The notes below the pieces were generated by a model. It made no database searches and had not been told where the DNA came from. It saw nothing but the letters and a program-made list of their open reading frames with translations. Position numbers and translations under genes: made by a program. Shown here one piece after another: positions 49,811-63,443 of a stretch of 63,443 nucleotides of DNA; within the stretch, counting starts at the first letter, position 1, and each line of letters starts with the position of its first letter. The DNA lies in assembly GCA_003427395.1 (NCBI GenBank), contig BFEA01000037.1, positions 4,076,659-4,140,101 of the forward strand, written 5' to 3'. This stretch comes from Chara braunii (Eukaryota; Plantae; Charophyceae).

Positions 49811-52038
49811 ATGTATGTGTGTGTCCTCCATCTATGGTGGGGAGCATCACCTGCTGGAAAGCGGGTCCAGCGTCCCTAGAATACATCTCATCTTGATTTT
49901 CGTTCATTGAGTAGGGCGTTCTATTCGGTTGAAGACAGTAGTGGTGGCGGACCACACTGTTCGCTCTCTTTGGGGTAAACAAATGCAAAGGTTGTCACGG
50001 GCGGTGGGCAGAGATGAAGAAGGGAGGGGGAGGAAGGACGGGAAGGAGACAAGGCGGGGGAATAGGATCTACTAGTACTACCTTTTTGCAATGTGTACGT
50101 CCATAATGAGTGTGATGAGTGCATTACCTTAGGAAAACTCAGGTAGGTGCAGAAGACAGAGCGGATGATGAGCGCTACTTCAACAAGTGATATAAGACGT
50201 ATGGATATCAAGTATTTCATCAATTTCGTAAAACGAGCACACCAACCGCAGTGTTTTTTTTTTTTAAGACTGGCACTGTCTTTCTGTGTGAGCAACAACC
50301 CTTCACACCCTTGTACGATAATAATGTATATTGAGAGTGCATTGCAACATTGATTGTTTGGGTTATTGGTATCTCAGTCTTCCGCTATGCTGTCTTATAC
50401 TTTGTGAGAGAGGTCGGTTCTTCTTCTGTCTTGCACCTTTACGGTATGCAACAGTTTGCTATTGGAGCGGACCTCTCAATCGGAGGATGCACTCAATCAG
50501 CTAGCTAGTTTGCTTCATCTATTCATCTTTGATCTGTCTTTTGCAACAATATCTGAAAGTCTGTGATCGTAGCATTTCCATGGATCTGAAAATTTATGAT
50601 AATTGCATTTCGTTTTTCTGAAATTTTGTATATTAGTATTTCGTTTTAACACAACAATATGTGTGTGTGCGTGTGTGTCTGTTTGTGTGTGTGTGTGATG
50701 CTCGATTTGTTGCCCGGTGTTCATGCGTGCTTATATTCGTGCTTTGTCTTCATCGTTGGTCATTGTCTTCACTACACACAGTCTGTTGTCCTTTACTGCT
50801 CGACGGAGAGGGTGGTCGGTCCTCATCGTGGATCAATTTCATGCTCAATGGTCATCGTGCTTTGCATAATTTTGGTGTTCATCGTGCTACAATTTACTGG
50901 TCGGTGCTCATCTGTGCTTGGATCCGTGTTTTGCCTTCATTGCTGCTCATCATTTTTGTACTTTGATGCTCTCCTTGGTGGTCATGTTCACTACACACAC
51001 TGTGTTCTCCTTTGCTTGTCAACAGGGAGAGTGGTCAGTGGTCATCGTGGTTACTATGGTGATCTCTTTGGTGCTTATTGGTCAATCGGTAAATTTGAAC
51101 TTACATTTTTGTATGTTCCAACACAGCGATGCTCATATTTTTCTTCCTAAATTTTGGATCTTTGAGTTTGGGTTTCAATGTATATGAATGTACTCTCGTC
51201 ATTTTTCAAATGCCCTCTCTCTCCCCTACTTGTACTTTGTTATTCTCTCTTCCTGCTTTGTCTGTTCATTTGTTCTTCTGCTCCTTCCCCCCCCTCCCCA
51301 AATCCCCCACGATCTCTTCCCGATCACATATTTCTATCACTTACAGTTCTGGCTTTCCCTCAAGACCTGCTATCTCCCGTCACATATTTCTATCATAATG
51401 GTCACTGTTAACATGCCCTCTCTCGACAATTTTTACCTCTTTATTCCACCTCCATTTTCTCTTTGTCTCTCTATGTATACCTCTCTCTTTGTACGCAGCT
51501 GAAGTCTTTTGTTTACCCCTTTTTTTAAAACTGTATGCACACACACTCAGTCCTTCTCTCTGTCTGTCGGCATGGTCCTTTAGCTTTTGGCAGGCAGTAG
51601 TATCCGAAAGACCACACTTTCCTCCACTGACAAAATGTCAGCTCACACTCCAAAAATTGCAAAGTAACAACTGTGATATTTATGATGACAAAAAAGCCAT
51701 TTAAAAAACAAAAAACAAAAAAACATACACACTCTTCCTCCTCCCCTACTCTACTGTCGCCTTTCCCCTTTCCCAAGTGCATTTTTGACATCATTCCTAA
51801 GCCTCCTGTCAAATCTCTCATGTAAACTTATCTGCTCCCATCTACTACGCAATAACAGGTCGTTCTCCTTAGTTGCACGTCCTCATATCTACCATAGCCA
51901 CACGTTCGCACATCTCCCTCCCTCCCTCATTTTCCAAACAATCAACTGTACCAACGCTTTACATCACTTACGATAACTTTGCCTGAAAACTGACATCATC
52001 AATCAACTCACACGCATTCAAACTATGCTCGCTGCATT

Positions 52039-52662
52039 TCAACTCCCTCCTCGTTTGCATGTCACTCTCCTTCGCTGTCTTGAGCTGGCTGGCGATGCAT
52101 CCATGCCATGACATGACTGGCTCATTGCGTTCCTATCGCTAGCATCGCTCTCAGCCTCAGTGTCCCGGTCCAGATATTGTTGCTCCCGTTCAGTTGTGTC
52201 TGTAGATGTTTCCTCCTCCGGGTAAGTGATCTTCACTTTGATCTCGTCCGTAACCCCGTCCCGTCTGCATCTTCTCTTTGCACGGTCCTTAGCCTCAGTT
52301 ACTGTCATATGCAGGTTTGAGTTCGCCCTCATCTCTTCCTCTCTCCCTCCTTCCACGTTTATAGTCAGCTTAGCCTCGCCTCTGCCGTAGCTGTAGTCCA
52401 ACACCGCAGTCACAGTAGGCCCATCTCCCGACATCCGCTCCCATCTCCAGAGCGATTGGATTGCTCGCGGCCTATAACCGTATAGTCCATTGCTTCGGAC
52501 CGTGGCTGTGCTTTCCGCAAAAGCTGCCCAATACGAAACTACAGATGATCTCCCACACTCAACTCGGTGTTTTAAGGCGAAAGGCACTGACACAGAGAAA
52601 TATCTCCGCAAGAACCCACAGGCCAATGACCCACTCGCCTGCTGCCTCTTATTTATGTCCAT
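52039..52662 (-). CDS. Unidentified 207-aa ORF, possibly a gene or TE fragment
   Basis: Protein-like composition with an acidic tail. No motif recognised. Confidence 0.25.
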   Translation of the reverse strand: MDINKRQQASGSLACGFLRRYFSVSVPFALKHRVECGRSSVVSYWAAFAESTATVRSNGLYGYRPRAIQSLWRWERMSGDGPTVTAVLDYSYGRGEAKLTINVEGGREEEMRANSNLHMTVTEAKDRAKRRCRRDGVTDEIKVKITYPEEETSTDTTEREQQYLDRDTEAESDASDRNAMSQSCHGMDASPASSRQRRRVTCKRGGS

Positions 52663-53072
52663 ACGCTATCTTCTTCGCGAACAATGCAATCTGAAGTCCT
52701 TAATCAAACTATCACTTCAACAGCCAAAGCAACAATGACGTGACAAAATTCTGGAAATTGCAAATTGCCCCCCCCCCCAAAAAAAACAGAAAGTTTGTTG
52801 TTGTAATGGAGTTGAAAGAAGATGGTTCTCTCCTTCTCTCTCTCTCTCTCTCTCTTTCTCTTTCTCTCTTATGTATAGAAACAAATTCTCCAAATTTATG
52901 AACAACCATATTCTCTATCCGAATACAACGTATCTACCGTCATTATAGCCAAATTCAGCCTATCTTTCAGTGTAAATACAACCATAATAACTGTACGTTG
53001 TATTCAGAGAAAGAAGGTACAACAATGGTTCACGACCGACGATCACATCTTTTTTTTTTTTTTTTTTTTTTT

Positions 53073-53320
53073 NNNNNNNNNNNNNNNNNNNNNNNNNNNN
53101 NNNNNNNNNNNNNNNNNNNNNNNNNNNNNNNNNNNNNNNNNNNNNNNNNNNNNNNNNNNNNNNNNNNNNNNNNNNNNNNNNNNNNNNNNNNNNNNNNNNN
53201 NNNNNNNNNNNNNNNNNNNNNNNNNNNNNNNNNNNNNNNNNNNNNNNNNNNNNNNNNNNNNNNNNNNNNNNNNNNNNNNNNNNNNNNNNNNNNNNNNNNN
53301 NNNNNNNNNNNNNNNNNNNN
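53073..53320. other. Assembly gap (other gaps at 3897-3984 and 46103-46117)
   Basis: Runs of N. Confidence 1.
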
Positions 53321-53339
53321 TCTTTCTCTCTGTCTCTCA

Positions 53340-53390
<51 letters not shown>

Positions 53391-53794
53391 ACACACACAC
53401 ACAGACACACACACACACACAATTTTTCCTTTAATTGGTTCTTACTTTTTTTGTATGACCAACTGAGTACCTTTAATTCTCTACCCGAATACAAAGTATG
53501 AACCGTCTTAATAGCCGAATTTAACCTATCTTTCAGTCTAAATACAACTATAATAACTGTACGTTGTATTCAAAGGAAGAAGGTAGAGTGATGGTTCACG
53601 AGCACCTCCAAAATGAGAGAGAAGCGTAGAAAAACACAAAATTGTACAAATTATAAATTGCCAAAAAAATAAAATAAAATAAAATAATAATAATAATAAG
53701 AGATTGGTGAAGAAGCAGATTTCAATGGACATTATTTACTTGCCCGACTTGTTTTTTCCCCTTCAACGAAATCCCGCCAATTCACCTTTTTTAC

Positions 53795-56700
53795 TGATCA
53801 GTCTCTCTGACGGTGGTCCCTTGGGTGTCCGTTGTCGAGCGCATCGGTCCGACACCACTCAGAGGTAGTGTGGGACCCTCCCGGCCGCGTCACACAGGAG
53901 TCAAGGTACACATCCCCTTTGTGGTATATGCACGGAGCTTCCGTAAGCCGCTCCGGCCGGGTGCGCCAGCCATACCTCTTGCGAGCCCCTACGACAGGAC
54001 AGGGCCTACGCGAGGCACGACTACCTCCACCTTACGGGAGCTGTCACCTCCCTTCGGTGGGCGTATCCCCTCCGAGCTACCAATCCACAATACGAAAGCT
54101 GATCAGTTGCAATCGCAGAGGTGGACCAGCCGAGGGCGTTTCTCGTTTGCTGTAGCATAAGGGGTACGCGCGGTACTACGCCTTTATCGGACCCGCACGC
54201 GAACCGACGTCTTGGGGGGCTGAGGTCTCAAGCGCGGCTCGTCGCCGGTCGACTAGGACGTATCCCACGCGCCACGCACACACCACTACAAGGTACACAA
54301 AAGTAAAGCACGCGCACACACGCACACGGGTACTGAACGACACGAAGGACGTACAACGCGGCACACTCCTAGTCCCTTTGTATCTAACCCATAACTTTGC
54401 GCAGTGGAAGTCGGTAACTGCCGTACCTGAGGTTTAGTATAAGATCGCTCGAACGTAGGATCTACGCATACCAATTCACTATGCAGCTCTATGTGAGTAA
54501 CTGCGATGACGGCGCATTATGTGGTGCCCATACCCAAATGGTCTATTCTGAGCCACGCGGTTGCTTCCGATGCTCAGGCGTCGCGCACTACGGGGGGGTA
54601 ACCCTTTAGCGGGCGCAAAACCAGCCTGAGGGCTTTACCGCCTTCTGTACCCTGAGGTGTCCCTAAGGGCGCGGGGTAAGACGGTCCCTAGGGCAGGAAG
54701 GGATTTGGAGCGGTGGTGAGTTGTCTGGCGCATCACCAGCGACACGCTGACCCTTCCGACCGGAACTTTATCGTTCCACCAAAATAAATCCCAACAAGGA
54801 AAGTACCTTCGACTTGTATCGGAAGTGAGCCTTTTCAAAGTTAGTCCTCGGACCTGGGTCGTCCTGGGCGAAGACCATCGTATTCTAGGCTCTGGGCTAA
54901 CGTCCGACCACAATTTCTTCAGAAGCGTATACATAAATAGAGGGGTCATTCCCTCCCTTCTATTCATTCCAACCCTGGGTTAGGTCCTTAGCACGCGGAC
55001 TCTTCTGGCCACACAAGTACCCTACATAGGTACGCATACATACACATATACACACATATATACACATATGGGAATAAATGTGTGATGATCACATCTCACA
55101 ATCACAGTGGGTCTCCTCATGCACATATATAAAATCGCAGGGCAGTGCAATCCAATAATCCAAGTCACAAAACATGCATGCAACCACATCAAAGAGTCAA
55201 GTAGAATTCCAAACACTACACGGGGTCAACTCCAACCAATCTCCATGCTCATACCCTTCGCCTTAGCCATGCAAGCCCCAACCTCCAGCCAACCAACCTT
55301 AAAAAAATACTCAGTACCTTTGTTAAATGACCATTCAATAAAAGTCCGGGTGAAACCTTAACAAAACAGAAAAGATCATCGGGGCTGAAACCTCTTTAGG
55401 TTGAGTAAGGAGAGTGGGTTGAGGTTGAGTCGTAAACCGACGAATCGGCAACCGACATGTTATCTGTGATAACAGAATGTGATCCTTGCAGGATCAAAGC
55501 TGAATCTAGCCCCAAGTCCTGAATCAATCGATCAAGGAGACCTGTAACACAAGATAGACCAACCTCAAGCTAAGTCTATGAGCCCATGGAGGATAATCTC
55601 CATATCACGATCTTACCCAAGTCATCACACTTAAATAGGTCTAAGCTTTATCTCTCGCCAGCGCTCAAGCAAAGGTAGCCTATGACGTAGTCTCTCCTAC
55701 TTACGTCGCCACCTGTCGAAATACAAGCTAACTCCTCAAATCTAGGAAAATTTCGGCAGCGCTTCTCGTAGGAAGAGTGACATCGAAAAAAATATACTAG
55801 CCCAGAAGTTAAACCTTTGGATTCCAGAGAGTCAAAAATTTGTCCAACTCCCCGACTTAGTAAAATTTGGGCAGCACTTCCCTTAGGCAGGAAGGCTTCC
55901 CAGATTCATACCAAGTCAGAATTTGAACTTAGATATAAAGTCGTAGTCCTGTCAAGGCAAAATATCAACCAACTCCTTAAATTTGCCGAAATTTCGGCAG
56001 CGCTTCCTATAGAGAAAGTGCTAGTCCAATATTTATACAAAGCTAAGTTCGGAATCTGAAGTGACTTTGACCCTTCAGGGCCCAATTTTGGCTAACTCCT
56101 TGAAATAGTTTAAATTTGGGCAGCACTTCCTTTAGAAAATGAGGCTCCCCAAATTCTTACTAAGTCAAAAAGTCATCAAGACTGGATCCTGAAGAAGCCA
56201 AAGTTTTGACTAACTCCTTGATTTTGTAGAAATTTCGGCAGAGCTTCCCGTAGAGAAAGCGGCTCCTTAAGATTTATACAAGACCAAGTATAAATAAAGG
56301 ATCCCAGAACTGCAGAAATTGATCTAAATAAAAAATCGAGCCCAGAAAATGCAGGAAATGACTCTAGCTCCTATGGCTCTAGCACGTGGCGAGCAACTAC
56401 AACAACTACCTATCAAATCCAAGTTCAGACTAAGAAGTGGCATCACTCAGTCACATGCAGGCCAAACCACAAACATGCACTTTCTCACCATCCCCAAGTT
56501 ACCTTAGCAACTGAAAGCTCGTAGTCTTTCAATGATTTATCCCTTATACCGAGCTTACCTAGGGCATAAGGCTAGACCACCCAAACTTATGGAACATGTC
56601 CAGCCCAACCAGGAAGTATACACAAACACAGGGTACAACAACTTTTCTCTTCTTTGGGCATATGACTAGGCCATCTTACTCGCCCTGAACTGTTTAAGTA

Positions 56701-59700
56701 TCCAAGGTTTATACAATTGTCTGTACTTAGTCTTTTGAGGTAGCATATAGTTGAGCCGATCATCTTCAGCTAAAGACTCAGCCTGCCCCTTCGTACCACA
56801 AGTTTATTCTTAGTTAAGTACTCTCTTCTGTTGGTGATAAGCTATAGTCAGGCCACCCAAACTTATGGGACTCTGCCTGACTAGCCTGTTTATAGATAGT
56901 ATAATAGTTAAGTATATCAAAGTTATAGCCTTTCGGTTCCAGCATGTGCGAGGCGTAGGACCAAGACCACCCAAACTTATGGAACATGTCTTGGTCCTCA
57001 GCCTGGTTTATTTCTCTTAAACCAAAGCGGGAAGAGGTAGAGTCACCCAAACTTACGAGACATGCTCACCTCCTCGTTCAGAAACCAAAGAAATTGTCAA
57101 AACCCCCAAATAAACAAGGCCGCCAGAGTACCCAAACTTATGGATTTGACTGGCGCCTGAAGAAGCAATCACATTCAACCCTCACAAGTCAGAGCAACCA
57201 GACCACCCAAACTTATGGATTTGTCTGGTTCTCCACGCAATACAAAATAAAACAAAGCACTGGGCCTTCCCAAACTTATGGAACTGGCCCAGCCTTTGGT
57301 TGACCCAGTCAAACTTCATGCAATACTGTCTTTCTCCCACCCTTCCCCCAGGTGCAACCCCACAATCTGCTTTCAATCAATCAAAAAAGTTGAGACTTAA
57401 CTTTATACATGCATTCTTTTACTTTGTCTGGTTATGTCCTGAATAGAAAGCAAGATTTATAGGGACAGACAGACATACATCAATCAACTATAAGGGGATA
57501 TGCAAACATGGGTGTAGTGGGAGTATATAGACAGAAAGAAGTTACCTGATGGTTCCCTGGCTCCAGAACCTCGCCTAGGTTCCGGCAGAGCTCCCGCTAT
57601 CGGTGGGAGGACTCCCCACAGAGTCTTGTTGCGATCCTACGGGTTGCAATCCCGCCTGCCGCCTTCCCCTCGTAACCAATTGACTAGACTTGGGGTAAGA
57701 AAGACAGATACAAAAGGTTTAGAGACTCTCAGAGGGGTGCACTCAGACTCGTGTGAGGGGGCCTTGTTATCTTGGCTCGTCTGAGGGCCCCGCAATAGCG
57801 GCCAAGTAGTATCAGCATGATCCAGATCCGTAGTCAGACTGCCGAAGTCAGCCGCCGAATTTAACCCCCCTAATGACCTCCTAACTCGCAGCGCTAACTC
57901 CCCCTACCATCATGCTACTAGGTAGCAGCAGCAGCGGCGCTCAGTGGTGGTTGGCAGCAGCCCCCAATAACAGCAGTATATAATCTGTCTCTTATACACA
58001 TCTAGATGTGTATAAGAGACAGCCGCAATAGCGGCCAAGTAGTATCAGCATGATCCAGATCCGTAGTCAGACTGCCGAAGTCAGCCGCCGAATTTAACCC
58101 CCCTAATGACCTCCTAACTCGCAGCGCTAACTCCCCCTACCATCATGCTACTAGGTAGCAGCAGCAGCGGCGCTCAGTGGTGGTTGGCAGCAGCCCCCAA
58201 TAACAGCAGTATATAATGAACCACTGTGCCTCGTGCGTGGCAACAGGTCGTACCCCGCACTCAACAACAGTTTTCAGCAACTCGTAGCGGCATGCAGCAG
58301 TCCGCAGTAACCAACAACAGGCATCAGCAGCAGCATCAGTCCCCCTCAGTCGCAGCAGCAGCAGTCGCTGTAATAGTTCCAGCAAAAATGTTGTAGCAGT
58401 AAATAAAATCCCCACAGCCTGCCGATGGTAACCGCCAGTTCACAGACGCTTCCCTCTGTCCGATCCGCAACTACGTATCGCAGAGACGCCTCGTCCGAAC
58501 ATAACACCCCCCTTCTCTCTGTTTAGACTGCTACCGACACTCCACAGCACAGGGCCCGACAGCAACGAGCATAGCAACTTTGCGTGATAGTCAAACAGAA
58601 TTAGCAGTGCATATCGCACTCATACCACTTCTACCGAAAGTGTAACGCTGCTTCACGAGGCACAGCGGCCCTCACCTCTTCCAAGAAGGAAAACTATCGG
58701 GATACTACAGCCTGTCCGAACACACAGCACAATTTTCGAGGTTACCGCAACAGCCAGTATCCAGAACATAAGCCCCAACAGCAACACTTGTGTCAGTATC
58801 CGTCCAAATTTACCTAGCAGGTCACTCCGACAACCCAAACTTTGGCGATACCCCCGGGGCCGTAGTGCGCCACAGTCGATTTAGTAACAGTCCTTCACTT
58901 CCTCTCTACTCGGCTGGCGTTATTGACGTGCCCCCTCTCACCGGGCGTTGTAGCAGCAGCAGCCCACCAAGCCTGGACGCATAGGCTTGAAACCACCGCG
59001 ACAGGGTGGGAACCGCGATAACTGTTCAGCGACCCAGCCTCAGCGGTAGTAGACTATCCGCTGTGACAACGACCCGCTGGATCACAGCAGTAGTAATACA
59101 ATCACCATAGTAGCTGGTGCTGCAGTCCCTTCAAAAGTGCCCCGTACCAGAGGGTACGTCAGCCTCGAACAAACCGTAATTCTAGTAGTCCTGAGCAACA
59201 ACATTCTCTTGGTAGCCAGAAACTCCGCAGTGCTCAGATATGCAACTGTAATACCTCGAACGCCTGTTCCCACAATCCAATAGCAGTTCACCTCCAAGGT
59301 CGAGCTGCTATCTCCTAGTTTGACAGAGTGACTGGTACCGATCCTGTATAAGTCAGTCAAACCGTACTGTAGCAGCAGATCTTCAACTACTCAGATCTCG
59401 AAAGGAATAACTCTTCTACGACCATGATTTTTACACAGAGAATGACCAATTCGATAATGAGCTTGGTTTGAAACCGCAGATAATCGAGCAACCCAAGTCA
59501 AAACCGAACTACAGAACGGCCAACTCGAAGCACGCAGCTGATTATGTGGGCCTCGCAGCAATATAATGCAGGCAGACTCAGTTTGGTTCCACAGCCTGGT
59601 TGATCCTGTTTTTCTTCTCCTTTCCTCCAGTTCAATTTACTTTCTAGATGCCCGAGTGTCCTCTCCCTCACTTTGCGTATCGCTTGATGGATACGCTGCC

Positions 59701-59981
59701 TGGTGCATGCTGCTCTTAGTATCTTCCCTGAGTATACTGCTCGGCCGCCTTTCTCTTCTCGCCTTGCTGACGAATCTGACCGACACCCAAGCCAAATACA
59801 GGCTCTACCAACTCGTCCATAAAAAACGTCATGAAGTAGACCTGAATTCTCTGCCATAATACGGGAAGATACACCTCCCTTTATGCTATGAAGTTGTCCC
59901 CTTCCTATATACTTGGCTTACATCCAAGTCGGATATACCCAATCTCACAACCAGGGCCAAAGAAGCCCGATCGGAGTCACA
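53795..59981. mobile_element. Long non-coding repeat-like segment, possibly the LTR/UTR of a large retrotransposon, with internal tandem arrays
   Basis: TG...CA ends and no microsatellites. Array of about 120-bp period (aaatttcggcagcgcttc) at 55735-56290. Seven cccaaactta(t/c)g motifs at 56576-57285. No TSD or coding region recognised. Confidence 0.3.
57985..58022. other. Nextera mate-pair junction adapter (inverted Tn5 mosaic ends); assembly artefact
   Basis: Exact CTGTCTCTTATACACATCT+AGATGTGTATAAGAGACAG, lying between two identical copies of about 195 bp. Confidence 0.98.
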
Positions 59982-60107
59982 GACTCAACCATGATACTGA
60001 ACACCACAGGCGACGATGAGGGGGATCACCACGTAAACAGCTTGGCACTGTAGTTCGATTTTCGGTTCACCCCGTACCGACGCTTTGGCGCCCTCTCTGC
60101 CGAGGTG

Positions 60108-60194
<87 letters not shown>

Positions 60195-62916
60195 TACTGT
60201 TGCCGCTCGCGCCTCATCTGTGAAGAAGATACAAGCCTTCTCCCTCCCACACTCACACATATACAGGAACGCCGCCAATTTACCAATGGAGCTGGCCGTG
60301 ATGACGAGGGCCAGTGATCCTATCACGATCACGAAGAAGACAAACGCGAATTTGAACGGGCAGCGAGTAGTATACCAGCACCTTTGTTGCTGCTCTTTAT
60401 ACTAGCACCACCGTTTGCAGCTCGTTGTCGGACTGCGAACACGAAGAAGTCGACCACAATGATGGGGATGAATATCCCGTCAGAGAGTGGGGCAATACAT
60501 TCCCAAAAAACAATTCTAATAATCCTCGCGCAGCCTTCATTGTCCGTACCGGCCAGACCAGCCTATGAATCACAGATCTGAGTTCACCAATCGTCTCGCA
60601 GCGTACGAAAACCTCCGAAACGCACCTTCACTCGCCCATTTTCGTCAAGAAACGGACGAGATAAAAGTTTTTCCCTCCCGCCATATTCACTCGCCCGTGT
60701 CACCCGCGCACCCCGTTTTCTTTACTAACCCCTTTTCCAATACTCTAACAACAAAACTAACCTCACTAATGGATTCGCTCTGGCCCAAAACCTCTAGTTA
60801 GTGTTGCCTCTCGCTAGCGTCCGCTATCAGTTGAGTGAGATATGTGTATGTCACTCCCACACGCCCACCATCACTTCCGCCATCGTCCTTTGCCTTCAAT
60901 ATTCAATGCACTTGGCACAGACCAGCGCCCAGGTACATTCTACCTCCCCCTTCACTCTTCTTTTCCTCTCGTGCCTCCTGTCCTCTCCTTTTTTGCACCT
61001 CCCCCTCTCACCGAGCTTACTCCTTCAGACAAGCAGATGACTACCATCAGGATCAACCAGGATGACGGGCAACAACAAAGAGTGATGCGCCCGGTTTCAC
61101 CTCATCATACTGAAAGTGCTCCATCAGCTCCTGCCTCTTTTATGGGGAAACAACTACTAGGCCTGACTAATATTTTGCAGCAATATTGCTGGATGTTCTA
61201 GCCCCAACGTTCGCGGCCCGCTGGGCCAAGCTTAGCCCACTACCTTTTTGTGTCGTACTGGGCATGCTAAGTTTCAAGCCTTCGCAGCAGATCGGGCCCG
61301 GCAGATGGGGCAGTCGCAGATTGCACCCCACTTTGGCTCCTGCTACCCCGAGGGCAGCCTCAGAGGGAACTAGCAACTAGGTGGCTTGAATAGCCCTCCG
61401 CCCTATACCCAGGTCCGAAGGACCATTTGTAGGTCATCATTGCTGCGGGTTTTTACCGCAATACCCGTGGCCCTTTTATGCTCATACCTTGTTTACTAGC
61501 TGATGGGATAGCTTGCCGCACTGCAAGTACTATGGCAGCCTCCCACCGGTGCTCTTTATTGGACTGTGCCCTCGACACCATTCATCATCTTTCGGATTCC
61601 AAGGGGTCACATTGCTGTACCTTTTCAGATGGGACAAAGGCCCTGCCCATCTGCAGAAATGGCAGTTGGCACTTTGCTGGTCGCACGACGCCATCCACAT
61701 GTGCGAGAACTCTTGTGAACGAATTTTCACCAATTCTTGGAGACCAACAAAAAAAATAAAAAAATAAAAATAAATAAATTGCGCCTTTGTGATCACTTCC
61801 AGCGGTGGCCGCAACTTTCCTTGGCCCCGCTGCTATGCAGTCTGTTGACAAATGGCTACACGTACGGGCAACTTTGGGACCTCGGCAAATCTGTGTGACC
61901 GGTCCCGCACCTTGCCGCACCCAACGGGCATGCTCACACTCAAACCTCTCACTGCAGATCGCGGCTGGTGAACAGGTGCGCCCGCAGAGGATTCCCGACA
62001 GTCAAATTCCCCCTACCCCATGGGTCAAAGCACCCATCAGCTCATGAACTCGTCGAACTTTTCCCAGTCCATGTTTCAACAATTTATGGTTGTACCAACT
62101 GCTCGCGCTGTCGGGACAGAAACCCCTGTAAGGGTTTCTGCCCGAGTTTTTCAAGGTCAGACACTGTCCGACTCTTTTCGTTGAGGAACGTGATGAGATT
62201 GATGTTGCCAAAGTTTATTCAGACCAACCCTATAACTGAGAGACTTAAAGTCTGCCGTCGTATATATACGACGTCATTGACGTGTGACGACATTGTCGAT
62301 CAATCTAAACGGCGGGAGTCGGCGGTATGATCTGTCGTTCATAGTTCCGACACGGCCACAGCGGCGCGTGGTCGTCGAAAGATCGACATTATTCTACTTA
62401 AGGGGATAGTGAGCGGCCTGCGGCCACGCGATTCAGGATCTTAGTGGGCTTAATAGGTGGCTGCGTCACATGCGCGGCCGTGGCGTGCGTGCCGTGCCGT
62501 CAAACGACTATCGTTCTAGCGGTGGCGGCATCACGGCTGGCCAACAGTATGGCCAGCGACAGCCCAAGAGCGAGACCTCATGACCACACACGAGGCCTCA
62601 GAACCAGGGGCTCAACCTCAAGACCGCGAGCTTGGTCACAAGACTGCGAATGAGGTCTGTAGGGCGCGAGCAAGCAGGCTTGCAAGGCCATGGGCAGGCA
62701 GGGCCTGTGGGCCGCAGGCAGACATGGCCTGCAAGGCCATAGGCAGGCAGGCAGGGCCTGCAAGACCACAGGCAGGCTGGGCCTGCAGGGCCACAGGCAA
62801 GCATGCAGGGCCGCAGGCGAGCTGGGCATGCAAGGCCAGGAGCAGGCAGGGCCTGCAAGGCCCCAACATGGGGGAGAAGGGACTGGGCAAACTCTTCATA
62901 TGGAAGAGTTGCTCCT

Positions 62917-63151
62917 ATCAAGCTAGCCCAGTAGGATAACATGTAGGACTCTCACCCACTAGATACTGGGATCAAATCCAACATGCGGTGTCTCTGGGCT
63001 CGCTCCATTTTGGAGCAGCTGCAAACATGCACAGGTTTACACGCGCGGCCAATCTCAGCCGTGCGATCCTCCAAGATCACGGCTGAGACTCGCCGTGCAG
63101 GTTGAATGGCCCTGCGTGAAGGTGACACACATAAATCGGAAAAAAAAAAAA
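62917..63151 (+). mobile_element. Candidate SINE: tRNA(Glu)-like head, body, U6-derived segment and poly-A
   Basis: A-box TAGCCCAGTAGG (62924), CTCTCAC anticodon-loop-like sequence (62949) and B-box-like GGATCAAATCC (62969) at tRNA spacing. atggccctgcgtgaaggtgacacacataaatcg at 63106-63138 is followed by an A12 run. Confidence 0.5.
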
Positions 63152-63443
63152 GGACTAAACACGAAACCGCCAGCTGGCGGATGCTGAACTAGCAGGGCAC
63201 CAACCCTGAAAAGACAATGTGCTGCCCATTTCATGGGGCAACATCAAAGGTAAGTTTTTGTTTTTCTTTATTGTTTTATTCTTTTTGTTTTTTTTAGATT
63301 CTCTTTTAGATTTTAGATTTTACTTTTCTTTATTCTTTTTTATGACCCCTCGTTTTTTCTGAAGATTGCACCCGTTCGCTATAGACAGAATGAGTTGCAA
63401 TCTTTAGGAAACGTGCCTGAATCTGGCACTCTTATTGTACCAG

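Noticed and set aside
56576-57285. CRISPR-like array of cccaaacttatgg motifs
   Set aside because: Repeats are short and degenerate, spacing is irregular, there are no cas genes and the context is eukaryotic.
57985-58022. Tn5 ends as a horizontally transferred bacterial transposon
   Set aside because: It is the synthetic mosaic-end pair of the mate-pair adapter.

Overview
Eukaryotic, repeat- and microsatellite-rich DNA with very large introns; the style and the plant-type gene content suggest a streptophyte alga such as Chara (inference). One host gene can be reconstructed on the minus strand from six in-phase GT-AG exons (42754-40910, 17970-17855, 15253-15056, 13212-13167, 9318-9273, 3522-140; 5634 nt, about 1877 aa). 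It has long low-complexity arms around a domain that aligns by eye with the RPN13/ADRM1 Pru ubiquitin-receptor domain. The main discovery is a family of microsatellite-targeting, 5'-truncated retroposons nested in its 22.9-kb first intron (about 22.6-32.4 kb), with a second cluster at 49.4-49.8 kb. They share a 3' end TGTGAC(A/G)ATATA and carry near that end either a type III hammerhead ribozyme or an unrecognised covarying pseudoknotted RNA motif (7 copies), a candidate new ribozyme. The longest copies encode a Josephin/ataxin-3-like cysteine protease, a Cys/His-rich motif and a short hydrophobic ORF. A related tandem pair of hammerheads lies in (CA)n at 4.6-4.8 kb. Also present: two U6-derived sequences (one preceded by a tRNA-like head and followed by poly-A), an orphan RabD/Rab1 exon, hAT-type MITEs with 8-bp TSDs, a foldback element, Gypsy remnants, and a Nextera mate-pair adapter assembly artefact. 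All alignments and folds were done by eye.
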